A DNA stretch of 64,000 nucleotides from Octopus vulgaris (GCA_951406725.2 OX597828.1:35030001-35094000), one strand, 5' to 3'. Counted from the stretch's first letter, positions 27,132 through 43,060 are shown. Numbers and translations are program-made. The notes: a model not told the origin generated them from the letters alone.

Positions 27132-28036
27132 CTCATCTCTCTCAATTTGACATTACAATCCACGTTTGTCGTCGTCGTCATTATACTAAGATTGTTGGCA
27201 TCCAAGAGGAAAATGCTGCAGTTATTTACTCGAAGAACAACGAAGCTAAAAGAGGAACATTTGCCATTTAACATTTTGTTCAATCATTGTTTCCTATACT
27301 TTTGTCATTCCATTAGTAAAAGAATGGTAACTTTAGGAATTCTTCACTATTTTCTCTTCCGTTCTCTTTTTTCAATCTATACATTTTTTTTTCTTTGTTT
27401 ATCATTGCTGTTTCTTTTTTTTTTTTGAGTATTTGTTAATTTGTTCCAAGTGTTCCGTTATCGACGGTTCTACAGTTGTTGTTTTTCTAGTTCTTGTTGT
27501 ATTATGCCGTATTCTTGCTGTTTTTCTTATTTATTATTATTATTATTGTTGTTGTTGTTGTTTTCTACATAACTTTGCTGTTGTTTTTGTTTTGCTATTG
27601 TTTTTTTTTTCATAAATTTTGTTGTAACTGCTTTTATTGTTAATGTTGTTGTATTGTTTACTTGTTCTCACTGTGTTGTTGTTGTTGTTGTCAATGTTGT
27701 TAAACCGCAGACCGGCTTTAATAAAAAAAGACTTATAATCAAAGGGATTCCTGTCGTGACCATCTCGACTTTTCCTTGTTTTTCTCTCTTTTTTTGAGGC
27801 ATTGTATATCTAAGGCTCAATCATCAAATGTGCGCTTTCATTATTACGACATTGATGTGTAATGTGAGGAAGATTTGGCTGCTATTTCGCTCATTAACAG
27901 GTCAGCACCGTTGAGATGAAATTATCGTTGGCTCATATAATTTTGGTTGTTGTTTAACTTCAGTACAACCCAGACTGAGCAGATCTATGAGCAAAGGCAT
28001 TCCATTCATCACCCTCCCCCTACAATATATATGTAT

Positions 28037-28086
<50 letters not shown>

Positions 28087-29005
28087 GAAGGGTAGGTGGT
28101 CATGGATGGAATAGCTTTGCTTATGTCTATCTTTAAAAACAGTTGAATGTGAGTTAGGGTGTTTTAGCTGCTAGTTTTAGCATACCTATTGACCGCAGAA
28201 AGACTCCATCCTCGACTCAATATTTTCCATTAGGACTGAGGTCAGACCTGATACAGAAGACCTACAATCAAGGCCATCTCAACTGCGACTAAAGTATCAG
28301 TCTAAGGGTATCTAAGACTACATTATCCAATGTATTATTACTTATTTAAGAGAATAAAGAGTATTTTCAGAGAGATTTGGGTGCTACTTCTAGCAGGAGC
28401 AGCGATCACATAGTAGCTTTACTTTTACTTTTACTTGTTTCAGTCATTTGACTGCAGCCATGCTGGAGCACCGCCTTTAATCGAGCAGATCGACCCCGGG
28501 ACTTATTCTTTGTAAACCCAGTACTTATTCTATCGGTCTCTTTTGCCGAGCCGCTAAGTTACGGGGACATAAACACACCAGCATCGGTTGTCAAGCAATG
28601 CTGGGGGACAAACACAGACACACAAACACACACGCACATATATACATATATACGACGGGCTTCTTTCAGTTTCCGACTACCAAATCCACTCACAAGGCTT
28701 TGGTCGACTCGAGGCTACAGTAGAAGACACTTACCTAAGGTGCCACGCAGTGGGACTGAACCCGGAACCATGTGGTTGGTAAGCATGCTACTTACCACAA
28801 AGCCACTCCTCCTTCTTCATTGTTTCATATTGTCCTCGTTATTTTATCCTCAACGATGTTACTGTTGTTGACGCTGATGTCATCGATTTTGATGTCTAGT
28901 TTATCCATGATTTCCCGCCATTGCAATTCTTATAACGTGTGTTTATATTTGGTTTTCTTTTATTTGTTATTTTTTGGCGTGGGGTGGAGTTGTATTTTGT
29001 TTTCT

Positions 29006-29063
<58 letters not shown>

Positions 29064-29400
29064 ATTTTGGTTAGTCTTTGAATTGATGCAATAATACCAT
29101 CTTCCATCGTCTTTCAGCCTGAAACTAAGAATAAAGAACCAGACCAAATATGCGTGTATGTGTGTGTGTGTATGTGTGTGTGTCTTTGTGTGTGTCTCTG
29201 TGTGTGTGTGAACATATGAATATCTGTATTTATATGTATGCGTGTGCATGTGTTTGTAGACATGCATTCGCCACACATATCCATATGTACGTACATATAT
29301 GTACATATATGTATCAATATGCATGCATATATATATGTGTGTATGTGAGTGCGCGCGCGTATTCATGTGTGTGCGTGTCTGTATATATGATATATATATG

Positions 29401-29452
<52 letters not shown>

Positions 29453-31135
29453 CGTGTGTGCATATATATATATATATGTGCGTGTGTGTATAGGTATGTG
29501 TACATGTATGTTCCATGATGTGCATACACACACACACACACACGCATTCGCAATAAAAGGAGAGAGGAAAGAATTAATTTTTTTACCCATATCTATGCAG
29601 TTATTTATTTATTAATTAATTCCTCTCCTACCTTTTCGTAAACCAAGACGTGGTGGTGGTGGTGGCGGCACTGGTGGTGGTGGTGGCGGTGGTGGTGATG
29701 GTGGTGGGTGTGGTGGTGGTGGCGGCACTGGTGGTGGTGGTGGGTGGGTGTGGTGGTGGTGGTAGTGGTGGTGGTAATGGTGGTGGTGTAGGTGGAGTGC
29801 AGCCTTGATGGGGTAGCTGCTGCTTCGGGGTGAATCAATAATCACTGGCTCTTGGTAATTATCTCTGCTAGTTTTAATGAACATTTAGATTGACATTTTG
29901 TTTGTTATTCTTAATTGATGACGGTGATGACGACGGTGGCAAGGGCAGAAGCGGGGGGGCAGCAGTAGGGACAGGGGGGGGGGGGCGATACAGTATCGGG
30001 TTTAGGTACCCTGCACTCATAGGCCTACGCCATTTTCCTGCACCACCCTTCCACCCTCTATATATTTTGCATCTTACTAAACACCCCCCCGCCTCCACAG
30101 ACTGCACCTGTAACCTTGTTTCAATTGAACGAAATCGATCGAATGTGAGATTGTATAACTTATTGACATCAACAAGAAAACACAGAGAGAGAACGGAGAA
30201 GAGATAGAGATGGAGGAGGAGGAGGAGGAGGAGGAGGGGAAAAGAAGAGGAAAAAGAAAAAGAAAGAGGAAGTGGAGAGGGAAGTGAGAATGAATGATGT
30301 GGGTAAGAGGATGATGGGCAGAAGGAGGAGAAGAAGGAGTGGTAGTAAGAGTGATAGTAGGGGTAGAACGAGTAGAAGAGGTAAGGCGAGGAAGAAGAGG
30401 AGAAACGAAATATAGCGGAGAAGAACGGAGAGGCGAAGGAGGAGGAAGAGATGAAGAAGAAGAAGAAGAAGAAGAAGAAGAAGAAGAAGAAGAAGAAGAA
30501 GAAGAAGAAGAAGAAGAAGAAGAAGAAGAAGAAGAAGAAAAAAGAAAAAGAAGAAGAAGGTACTAATAGAGGAAAGAGTAGAAAAAAGAATGAATTAAAT
30601 AAGGGAGAAGGAACGAAGTCGAAGAAGAAACTGAATTAAATCGAATTTTTTCTTAAGCGAAAAGGAAAACACAAGAATCGGAAAAAAAAACGGGGCGCGA
30701 GATTCGATGAACACAGCAATAATTAAATATATCCAAGAGATAGCAAATAGCTGCTTTCGGAATTTCGGATATTGGTAATTTCTTAGATGATGAAATTAAG
30801 ACATCGCATAAGGGAAAGGATTGAAGAGGATTAGGGAAAAGATAGTAAGATAAGCGGGAACCAACGTCAGATATCCTGGTTAGAGGTTAAGGATATTTGA
30901 GGCGCACGGCGACCGGGCCTGCACCAGTTTCTGCTATGATTTATGGCTAAATGATACATTCTTGCAGCATATCAGTTATCTTCAGGAAAAGACATTGTTA
31001 TCCCCCTCATTTTACCGTTCTCCATTTCTGAGGGAGTTGGGATTGTAAGTGGTTTCATAAGCCCTCCTATATAAAATGCAAGGAAGCCGATTGTGTGCAT
31101 GTGGCAGACAGATAGACAGATAGATAGATAGATAT

Positions 31136-31201
<66 letters not shown>

Positions 31202-31716
31202 GTGGAGAGACAGGGAGGAAGATGGATGGAGGAAGGGGAGAGAGTGGAGGGATAAGAGAGGCATTGTCCCCAGTCATTAACTGGTGTCTTATTTATTGGA
31301 AGACGCTTCATACATACATACATACATACATATATATACATATATATAATTATGTAACAAACGAAGGAAAAAAATTCACTGGTACGTCAGTTGAATACCA
31401 CAATAACAATCTAAAAATGTATTTACAATTTCATATAATATAATAAATATAATATAATATAATATAATATAATATAATATAATATAGATATAATATAAGG
31501 TAAGATAACATAAAAAATTATTAAAAAACTAAAAAAAACAACAATTTGTTTCGACTTATATACGTTATCTGATTTAAGGGGCCTGATATGTATTTGAATA
31601 GTTAACGCTCACGATTCTAAACGTAGGTATTTTGAACTAGTACATTGCAATCTGACAGTCCTTTTACACGGAATTTCGTCTGAAACCCTGAAGAGACTTG
31701 TATACATGGATATGAA
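26952..31716 (+). repeat. Copy 1 of a ~4.8 kb direct duplication
   Basis: Colinear with 32336-37167 from atctttccacaaaatcaaaa to tatacatggatatgaa, with SNPs and microsatellite length differences. Confidence 0.95.
28420..28811 (-). mobile_element. Young SINE B present only in duplicate copy 1
   Basis: Near-consensus sequence; empty site tagtagcttcttcattg at ~33702-33718. Confidence 0.92.
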
Positions 31717-31755
31717 TTGTTCTTAAAGTCAAATAATGTATATAAGCCGAAACAA

Positions 31756-31818
<63 letters not shown>

Positions 31819-31896
31819 CAAATAAGGAAAAGAGAAAATGGAATTCACGAAATTCTTTATTAATCACAACCATCGTTTCGGCCCATCATGGATCAG

Positions 31897-31974
<78 letters not shown>

Positions 31975-32235
31975 GTAGAATAAGAAACGGAAGACCCTTG
32001 GTACAGTAATGTATATTTGAAATCATTATTATCATTATTGTTGTTGAGTGAGAGAGCGGCGCATGCCATCAAAGTGAAGCTGGAATACAGATATATATGC
32101 ATTGCCCAATATATCCAGCATGACTACCCGTCTGACAAGAGTACACCAGGCACATGCATCACAACCATATGTGCACAACATGGTGACCACAGTGCATCAC
32201 CTTGCAGATGGGACTCAGAATTTTCTACAGGTCCA

Positions 32236-32335
32236 NNNNNNNNNNNNNNNNNNNNNNNNNNNNNNNNNNNNNNNNNNNNNNNNNNNNNNNNNNNNNNNNN
32301 NNNNNNNNNNNNNNNNNNNNNNNNNNNNNNNNNNN
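32236..32335. other. Assembly gap (100 N)
   Basis: Run of N. Confidence 1.
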
Positions 32336-34040
32336 ATCTTTCCACAAAATCAAAAATCTCCCCCCCCCCCCCATACCACCACCACCACCATCACACACAC
32401 ACTTTTCTCTCTTTCTTTCCCTCCATCTCTTTCACCCTCTCTACCCCCCTGTATCCCTCCCTCTCTTCCCCCACTCTCTCTCTCTCTTCATCTCTCTCAA
32501 TTTGACATTACAATCCACGTTTGTCGTCGTCGTCATTATACTAAGATTGTTGGCATCCAAGAGGAAAATGCTGCAGTTATTTACTCGAAGAACAACGAAG
32601 CTAAAAGAGGAACATTTGCCATTTAACATTTGTTCAATCATTGTTTCCTATACTTTTGTCATTCCATTAGTAAAAGAATGGTAACTTTAGGAATTCTTCA
32701 CTATTTTCTCTTCCGTTCTCTTTTTTCAATCTATACATTTTTTTTCTTTGTTTATCATTGCTGGGGTTTTTTACAGTATTTGTTAATTTGTTCCAAGTGT
32801 TCCGTTATCGACGGTTCTACAGTTGTTGTTTTTCTAGTTGTTGTTGTATTGTGCCGTATTCTTGCTGTTTTTCTTCTTTATTATTATTGTTGTTGTTGTT
32901 GTTGTTTTCTATGTAACTTTTCCTGTTGTTTTTGTTTTGCTATTGTTTTTTTTTAATAAATTTTGCTGTAACTGCTTTTATTGTTAATGTTGTTGTATTG
33001 TTTTCTTGTTCTCACTGTGTTGTTGTTGTTGTTGTTTTCAATGTTGTTAAACCGCAGACCGGCTTTAATAAAAAAAAGACTTATAATCAAAGGGATTCCT
33101 GTCGTGACCATCTCGACTTTTCCTTGTTTTTCCCTCTTTTTTGAGGCATTGTATATCTAAGGCTCAACTATCAAATGTGCTCTTTCCTTATTACGACTTT
33201 GATGTGTAATGTGAGGAAGATTTGGCTGCTATTTCGCTCATTAACAGGTCAGCACCGTTGAGATGAAATTATCGTTGGCTCATAATTTTGGTTGTTGAGC
33301 AAATCTATGAGCAAATGCATTCCATTCATGACCCTCCCCCCTACAATATATATGTATACATATATATATATATATACGAAGGGTGGGTGGTCATGGATGG
33401 AATAGCTTTGCTTATGTCTATCTTTAAAAACAGTTGAATGTGAGTTAGGGTGTTTTAGCTGCTAGTTTTAGCATAACCATTGACCACATAAAGACTCCAT
33501 CCTCGGCTCAATATTCTCCTTTAGCCCTAAGGTCAGTCCTGATACAGAAGACCTACAATCAAGGCCATCTCAACCGCGACCAAAGTATCAGTCTAAGGGT
33601 ATCTAAGACTACATTATCCAATGTATTATTCCTTATATAAGAGAATAAAGAGTATTTTCAGAGAGATTTGGGTGCTACTTCTAGCAGGAGCAGCGACCAC
33701 ATAGTAGCTTCTTCATTGTTTCATATTGTCCTCGTTATTTTATCCTCAACGATGTTACTGTTGTTGACGCTGATGTCATCGATTTTGATGTCTAGTTTAT
33801 CCATGATTTCCCGCCATTGCAGTTCTTATAACGTGTGTTTGTATTTGGTTTTCTTTTATTTGTTTTTTTTTTTTTGGGGGGGGGGGTTATTTTGTTTTCT
33901 TCCTCTCTCTCTCTCTCTCTCTCTTTTTCCTATTGGTTAGTCTTTGAATTGATGCAATAATACCATCTTCCATCGTCTTTCATCTTGTAGCCTGAAACTA
34001 AGAATAAAGAACCAGACCAAATATGCGCGTGTGTGTGTGT

Positions 34041-34083
<43 letters not shown>

Positions 34084-36118
34084 TGTGTGTGTGTGTGCAC
34101 ATATGAATATCTGTATTTATATGAATGCGTGTCATATATGAATCGCCACACATATCCATATGTGTGTCATTATATGAATCGCCACACATATCCATATGTA
34201 TGTACATATATGTACATATATGTATCCATATGCATACATATATCTATATATGTGTGTATGTGTGTGTGTGTGAGTGCACGCGCGTGTTCATGTCTGCGTG
34301 TGTGTGCGTGTCTGTATACATAATATATATATGTATATATGTGTGGGTGTGTGTATGCATATATATATATATATATATATGTGCGTGTGTGTATAGGTAT
34401 GTGTACATGTATGTTCCATGATGTGCATATATACACACGCGCGCGCGAGCGCGCATTCGCAATAAGAGGAGAGAGGAAAGAATTAATTTTTTTACCCATA
34501 TCTATGCAGTTATTTATTTATTAATTAATTCCTCTCCTACCTTTTCGTAAACCAAGACGTGGTGGTGGTGGCGGTGGTAGTGGTGGTGGCGGTGGTGATG
34601 GTAATGATGGTGGTGGTGGTGGTGGTGGTGGTGGTTGTGGTGGTTATAGTGGTGGTAATGGTGGTGGTGTTGGTGGTGGTGGTGGTGTGGTGGTGGGTGT
34701 GGTGGTGGTGGAGGTGGTAGTGGTGGTAGTGGTGGTAATGGTGGTGGTGGTGGTGGTGGAGTGCAGCCTTGATGGGGTAGCTGCTGCTTCGGGGTGAATC
34801 AATAATCACTGGCTCTTGGTAATTATCTCTGCTAGTTTTAATGAACATTTAGATTGACATTTTGTTTGTTATTCTTAATTGATGACGGCGATGACGACGG
34901 TGGCAGGGGTAGCGGCGGGGGCGGGGCCAGGGGTGGGGGGCGATACAGTATCGGGTTTAGGTACCCTGCACTCATAGGCCTACGCCATTTTCCTGCACCA
35001 CCCTTCCACCCTCTATATATTTTGCATCTTACTAAACACCCCCCGCCTCCACAGACTGCACCTGTAACCTTGTTTCAATTGAACGAAATCGATCGAATGT
35101 GAGATTGTATAACTTATTGACATCAACAAGAAAACACAGAGAGAGAACGGAGAAGAGATAGAGATGGAGGAGGAGGAGGAGGAGGAGGAGGGGAAAAGAA
35201 GAAGAAGAAGAAAAAGAAAGAGGAAGTGAGAATGAATGATGTGGGTAAGTGGATGATGGGCAGAAGGAGGAGAAGAAGGGGTGGTAGTAAGAGAGATAGT
35301 AGGGGTAGAACGAGTAGAAGAGGTAAGGCGAGGAAGAAGAGGAGAAAGGAAATATAGCGGAGAAGAATGGAGAGGCGAAGGAGGAGGAAGAGATGAAGAA
35401 GAAGAAGAAGGAGAAGAAGAAGAAGAAGAAGAAGAAGAAGAAGAAGAAGAAGAAGAAGAAGACGAGGAAGAGATGAAAAAGAAGAAGAAGAAGAAGAGGA
35501 GGAAGAGATGAAAAAGAAGAAGAAGAAGAAGAAGAAGAAGAAGGAGAAGAAGAAGAAGAAGAAGAAGGTACTAATAGAGGAAAGAGTAGAAAAAAGAATT
35601 AATTAAATAAGGGAGAAGGAACGAAGTCGAAGATAAAACTAAATTAAATCGAATTTTTTTCTTAAGCGAAAAGGAAAGCATAAAAATCGGAAAGAAAAAC
35701 GGGGCGCGAGATTCGAAGAACACAGCAATAATTAAATATATCCAAGAGATAGCAAATAGCTGCTTTCGGAATTTCGGATATTGGTAATTTCTTAGATGAT
35801 GAAATTAAGACATCGTATAAGGGAAAGGATTGAAGAGGATTAGGGAAAAGATAGTAAGATAAGCGGGAACCAACGTCAGATATCCTGGTTAGAGGTTAAG
35901 GATATTTGAGGCGCACGGCGACCGGGCCTGCACCAGTTTCTGCTATGATTTATGGCTAAATGATACATTCTTGCAGCATATCAGTTATCTTCAGGAAAAG
36001 ACATTGTTATCCCCCTCATTTTACCGTTCTCCATTTCTGAGGGAGCGGGGATTGTAAGTGGTTTCATACGCCCTCCTATATACAATGCAAGGAAGCCGAT
36101 TGTGTGCATGTGGCAGAC

Positions 36119-36162
<44 letters not shown>

Positions 36163-36163
36163 T

Positions 36164-36262
<99 letters not shown>

Positions 36263-37167
36263 GTGGAGAGACAGGGAGGAAGAGAATGGATGGAGGAAGG
36301 GGAGAGAGTGGAGGGAAGAGAGAGGTATTGTCCCCAGTCATTAACTGGTGTCTTATTTATTGGAAGAGGCTTCATACATACATACATACATACATACATA
36401 TACATATATATAAAAATGTAACAAACGAAGAAAAAATTCTTTCCATGGAGTGTTAAACACCCAATTCTCTGGTACGTCAGTTGAATACCACAATAACTAT
36501 CTAACAATTTATTTATAATTTCATATAATATAATAAATATAATATGATATAATATAATATAATATAATATAATATAATGTAATGTAATATGTGGAGGCGC
36601 AATGGCCTAGTGGTTAGGGCAGCGGACTCGCGGTTTTAGAATCGCAGTTTCGATTCTCAGACCGGACGTTGTGAGTGTTTATTGAGCGAAAACACCTAAA
36701 GCTCCACGAGGCTCCGGCAGGGGGTGGTGGCGATCCCTGTTGTACTCTTTCGCCACAACTTTCTCTCACTCTTTCTTCTGTTGGCCTGCTCGCTTAGCCA
36801 GCGGGGTGGCGTCATTTGAAGGCTATAACAATGCCAAGCGCATTGCGACCAGCCTGGTCGGTCACGGTGATAATATAATATGATGTGATGTGATGCGATG
36901 CGATGCGATGTGATAAATATAATATAATATAATATAAGGTAAGATAACATAAAAAATTATTAAAAAACTAAAAAAAACAACAATTTGTTTCGACTTATAT
37001 TCATTATCTGATTTATGGGACCTGATATGTATTTGAATAGTTAACGCTCACGATCCTAAACGTAGGTATTTTGAACTAGTACGTTGCAATCTGACAGTCC
37101 TTTTACACGGAATTTCGTCTGTCTTTTTGAACCGAAACCCTGAAGAGACTTGTATACATGGATATGA
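32336..37167 (+). repeat. Copy 2 of the ~4.8 kb direct duplication
   Basis: Begins exactly at the gap edge; colinear with 26952-31716. Confidence 0.95.
36591..36871 (+). mobile_element. SINE C present only in duplicate copy 2, inside (AATAT)n
   Basis: gtggaggcgcaatggcctagtgg head; copy 1 has an uninterrupted (AATAT)n at ~31435-31497. Confidence 0.92.
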
Positions 37168-37168
37168 A

Positions 37169-37270
<102 letters not shown>

Positions 37271-37376
37271 GAGAGAGACAGAGACAGAGAGGGTATAGTT
37301 GGTTGTGTAATAATGAGGTTCATTTTGTATTATAAGTATATAATGAATACATTGCTTTATGTGGACTAGATGGTGG

Positions 37377-37436
<60 letters not shown>

Positions 37437-37440
37437 TATG

Positions 37441-37489
<49 letters not shown>

Positions 37490-37644
37490 TTGTGTATGCA
37501 CGAAAATTAGTGATCGTTATTTAAGGTATTGGATCGCTCACTTAGGACATTCGATTCCTTTTTGCTGATTGTAATGTGTTCAATTGAACCCTAATTGAAG
37601 CCCCTCGAAACGCATGTCTCTCTGTTTATCAATGCATGTATTTC

Positions 37645-37706
<62 letters not shown>

Positions 37707-37992
37707 TTATCTATCTGTCTGCCTATCTCTCTATCTGTCTATCTGTCTGCCTATCTTGATGTCTGTCTGTCTGTCAGTCACTATGCCTTTTCGATATATC
37801 AAAACAAGCGTACGTGACTCATCTTCACTCCCGGGCTATTTTCTTCTTCTTCGTGTTCTGGTAGTTGTTGTTGCTGCTGTTCTTGGCATTGTTGCTGCTG
37901 CTGCTGCTGATGTTGATGATGATCTTGTCATTTTTCTTTTCTATTTCTCTCTCTCTCTCTATGTATATATATATGACTGAATGCATATGCAA

Positions 37993-38064
<72 letters not shown>

Positions 38065-38402
38065 TGTGCTTATATTTTTCTTCCATTTTGTGCTGCTCTC
38101 TCTGACACACGAGTATGTTGAACCTAATAAACCAGCGTCAAGGCATACCCATACACACACAGACAAGCATGGCAGAGAAAAAAAGAGCTTGCATAAACAC
38201 AATTGCATAGACACACATTGCATTTATAAGTGCTTGCATGGCACATGCATTCTATGAATGCATGTTAGACATATGCATAGATATTCATAAAAATCATATA
38301 TAAGTATATCAACATATATGCATGTGTATATACATATACATATGCATGTATATGTGTATATGTATATATATTTATATGTGTCTGTGTGTGTGTGTTTGTA
38401 TA

Positions 38403-38469
<67 letters not shown>

Positions 38470-38601
38470 ATACATATATATATACATATATATATATATA
38501 CACACGTATATATATATATATATTCACATTCTTTTAATATGTGCCATAAATCATTATGCAAATAGTTGTGCACAAACACATACATAAACGCATTAACGCA
38601 C

Positions 38602-38641
<40 letters not shown>

Positions 38642-39241
38642 CACGCATATAAACAAGATATAGATATTTATGTGTATAGTTATTTCTTTCTCATCTGAAG
38701 CTCTGCTTTATATCACAACATAACAAAACCCGGACCTACGTCAGCATCGACTGAATCCCAAACCCTCTTAAATCTCTTTCTTTCTCTTTTTATCTCGCCT
38801 TTTTTCCTTTCCCTCTTTTCTTCCCTCAAACTCTACATCATAACCCCCCTCCTCCGCCCGCTTACCTCCTACCATCATCGCCACCATTACGTTTTCACTT
38901 TCCTGCCTTCTCCTCCAACGCTTTCTCATCTCTCACTCCCTCTCTTCCTTTTTCACACGTTGTCTCAACTCAACGCCGTTATCATCTCAGACCCTGTCTC
39001 ATCTCCATTACTTTCCAATCCGAGAGATACTTTTCAATAATCCCAGTCCAGCTTCAGCCATCTCCAAAGTGAATTTATTACAGCACTTAGACGGCATTAA
39101 TAGCTTCACCCTTATGAATACATACAGACAGACATACATACATACATACATACATACATACATACATACATACATACATACATACATACATACATACAAA
39201 CAAACATACATACATACATACATATATACATACATACATAC

Positions 39242-39273
<32 letters not shown>

Positions 39274-39875
39274 TCATGCATGTAAACATATTTCAATAAT
39301 GTGCCTGTATATAGATATTCATGCATGTATATATATATATATATATGTTTGTATGTATGTATGCATATATATATGTATTCATATTATATATCAATATGTA
39401 TATATATGAATATATGAATGCGTACATATGTGTATGTGTATACATAATGTGTATGTGTATGGTCTATATATTTGTATATGTGCGTTTGTGTACAGATATG
39501 AAATGATATTTAATAAATATGTATAGACATAAACATGTAGGTAGGTATGTTACATACACATCTGAATATGTGTTGCGCAGCCCACGTGTATACATCTAAC
39601 TATCCAATCGTCCACTCACAATCACACACATACACACACACACGCACACACACACACACACACATATACAGAGTTTATCGTAACTAAATCTTTATCTTAC
39701 GACACAAGTTTCACGCCACTGCAATCTTCACGCGAGAACAACGATCACTGTACCACTGAACACAAGCCACGCGATGAAATTACACTTTCAATATAGTATA
39801 CACCCTTCAACGTGCAACCATCTTTCATTCGTTCGTATATGTACATATATGTATATACATATACACGGGCGAACG

Positions 39876-39920
<45 letters not shown>

Positions 39921-40383
39921 CTCTGTTGATTCACCAGAAACAGTATATGACCTCAATTTTGAAAATCACACATATTTGAAACCGGTTAAGTGTATTAATA
40001 TTAATATAAATGTATTTTCTTGTACATTCTGAATGCATTTTCACCGTTTTCCATTGTACTACTACGACGTGTAGGGATTAGGAAGTATTTATACATGTGC
40101 GTGTGTGCATTTGTGTGTGCGTGTGTGTGTGTGTGTGTGTGCGTGCGTAGGGGTGCATGTGAATGAGTAGGAATTTACGCAAGCATGGATTTTGTGTGTA
40201 AGAAAATTGGCTGGTATTGAATACCAATTTTTCCCGTTTGTCCATGCAAACACACACGTCTAATCACATACACACGCGCACATACACACACACACACACA
40301 AATACACACACAAGCATACATGTATATAATTGTGATACTTATAAATAGATTGGTAGACAGACAGACAGACTAAGAGACAGACT

Positions 40384-40414
<31 letters not shown>

Positions 40415-40418
40415 TGAC

Positions 40419-40509
<91 letters not shown>

Positions 40510-40884
40510 GAGAGAGACCTAATGGCATACTTGTTTGTACTTAACACGTGCTCACTACTGAGAAATGTACTGATGGTCCCATGGGGAATGTATTTAAATG
40601 AAATAATTAGATGATGAAATGATGATGATAATGACGACGAAGACTACGACGACGACGACGACGATGATGATGATGAGCATAATGAGGAAGAGGATGAGAA
40701 GAATGATTATGATGAGGATTTCTATGAGGAAGAAGTTGATGGTGGTAGTGTTGGTATTAAAAAAAACTTACGACGAGAAAGAGTGCGGAAGAAAAGAAGA
40801 AGATTGCAATGAATGAGAATAAAATAATGAAGAATAAAATAATGAAGAAGAATAGAAGAATCAGTTAAGTAAAATTATCAAGTG

Positions 40885-41260
40885 TGAAGAAGAAGAAGAA
40901 GAAGAAGAAGAAGAAGAAGAAGAAGAAGAAGAAGAAGAAGAAGAAGAAGAAGAAGAAGAAGAAGAAGAAGATAAAATAGAAAGAAGAGGAGGAAGAGGAG
41001 GGGAATAAGAATATAAAGTAAAAAGAGGAGGAAGGGGAGGGGAAGAAGAGCAAGAAGGAGGAGAGAAAGAAGATAAAACAGAAGGAAGAGGAAGAAGGAA
41101 GGGAAGAAGGAGGAGGAGGCGGAGGGCGATAAGAAGAGAAAGAAGAAAAAAGTCGAAGGGGAAAAAGAAGGAGGAGGGGGAAGAAGAAGAAGAAGAAGAA
41201 GAAGAAGAAGAAGAAGAAGAAGAAGAAGAAGAAAAAGCAGTAGTAGAAGAAGAAAAGGAA
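40885..41260. repeat. (GAA)n and purine-rich low-complexity tract
   Basis: Direct inspection. Confidence 0.95.
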
Positions 41261-41651
41261 GGAGGAGGAATATTATCGCTAGCAGAGGGAGGTGAAAAAA
41301 GTGAAACCAACGATAGATAGATATTTGATCCCCTTTCGCTTCGAGAATCAATGGCTCCAATAAGAAGAAGAAGAAGAACAACAACAATATCATGAACTAT
41401 AGATAAACTATTTGATTTGTCTATAATACACAGCACTAAGTTATGGTTTACGGAAGGGTGGTTACCGTTAAATAATGATAAAGATCTCGCTATTTTCTGT
41501 ATGTTTGTGTGTGTGTGTGTGTGTGTGCATAACATTATAAGATATATGTGCATCTAATATATACATATATATGTATATTGCATAAATATATATATATATA
41601 TATATATATATGAATGTGTATGTATATATATATATACATGTATATATATAC

Positions 41652-41690
<39 letters not shown>

Positions 41691-41834
41691 AACACATATA
41701 TATATGTATGTATTATATATATACACAGGCATATATATGTATGTATGTTTATATATGTGTGTGTGTTTGTTTGTATATATGTGTTTGTCTGTGTGCGTTA
41801 TATATATATACTGTGTGTATATATATATATATAC

Positions 41835-41919
<85 letters not shown>

Positions 41920-42889
41920 GGCACATATGTGTAATTAAAAATGCACACACAGATTCATATATGCATGTATATATGAGCGTGTATATACGCTCACGATGAA
42001 TGATAATTTTGCACGAAACCGTTGAAATAACGTCATTGATTCTTTGACTTAAATAGCGTGTCGTCCCGAAAACTATCTTCCATTGCACAGATAGTGTGTG
42101 TATGTGTGTGTGTGTATGTGTGTGTGTGTATGTGTGTGTGTGTGTACGTGGAAGTTTCAGTGCGTTTTTGTAGTCTAGGGAGATGTTGTGGGACCTTTGG
42201 GGATTGTGGGTAAGGTGATAGCGGGGGGAAAAGTGGGGGTGGGTTTATAATGATTGGGGGTCAGTTGTCGGTCATGTGTATCCTGTATAGACTGTGAAAT
42301 TATCGAACGAAATAAAAGACTATTAGAAATATCACGTACGATGACTAATGTTGGGAAACAAACGGGGGCGATTTAGGGAGAGAAAGGAGAATGGGGTTTG
42401 CCGAAAGAAAAGAGAGAAAGCGAGACTGAAGGGGGAGGGGTTCTGAAAACGAAGGAGTGATAGTGGGAGGAGAAGGAGGAGGAGGAAGGTGATAGAGACG
42501 AGATGGACGAGCTGTAAATGTGTGGAGAGTAAACCACAGCAAATGAGACAATTGTATGGTTGTTATAGTTGAACAAAGTTTCACTGCTTTTATCAGATGT
42601 GTTATAATGGTGTTTAATGGCGAGAGATATTCAGACGACAAAAATCAACTCCCGGCGTGTCGAAACGAGATCAACTGGGTCCAAGAGCCCTTTTGAATTA
42701 CTCGGGGAAAACCAATTCACTCTGCTTCATCTCATGAACATAACAAACATAACAAAAAAAAGAAAGAAAATGCAAAAGGAAAAAAGTCCTTCCACTGTTC
42801 TTTTTTTTATGTCTGGGTAATAATAATGATAAAAATAATACATTATCAGTGTTGTAAAACCGTATCTTTTAAAAAAAAATCTTTTATCT

Positions 42890-43060
42890 TTTTTTACTTG
42901 TTTCAAGCATTGAATGGTGGTCATGCTAGAGCACCGCCTTCGAGAGATTTAGTCGAGCATATGGCTCCCCGACTGTCGGACTCCTTTTTGGAGCCGCAAG
43001 GTTAGTGGAACAAAAAGAAACCAATACCAGTTGTCAAGCGGTAGTGGTTGTGGTGGGAAA
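42890..43060 (-). mobile_element. Degenerate SINE B, 3' part
   Basis: tacttgtttca...catgctagagcaccgcctt...gttgtcaagcg. Confidence 0.7.

Noticed and set aside
32015-32235. Probable interspersed repeat next to the gap, ending in (AAT)-like repeats on the minus strand
   Set aside because: Single, gap-truncated copy in the window; cannot be classified from sequence alone.
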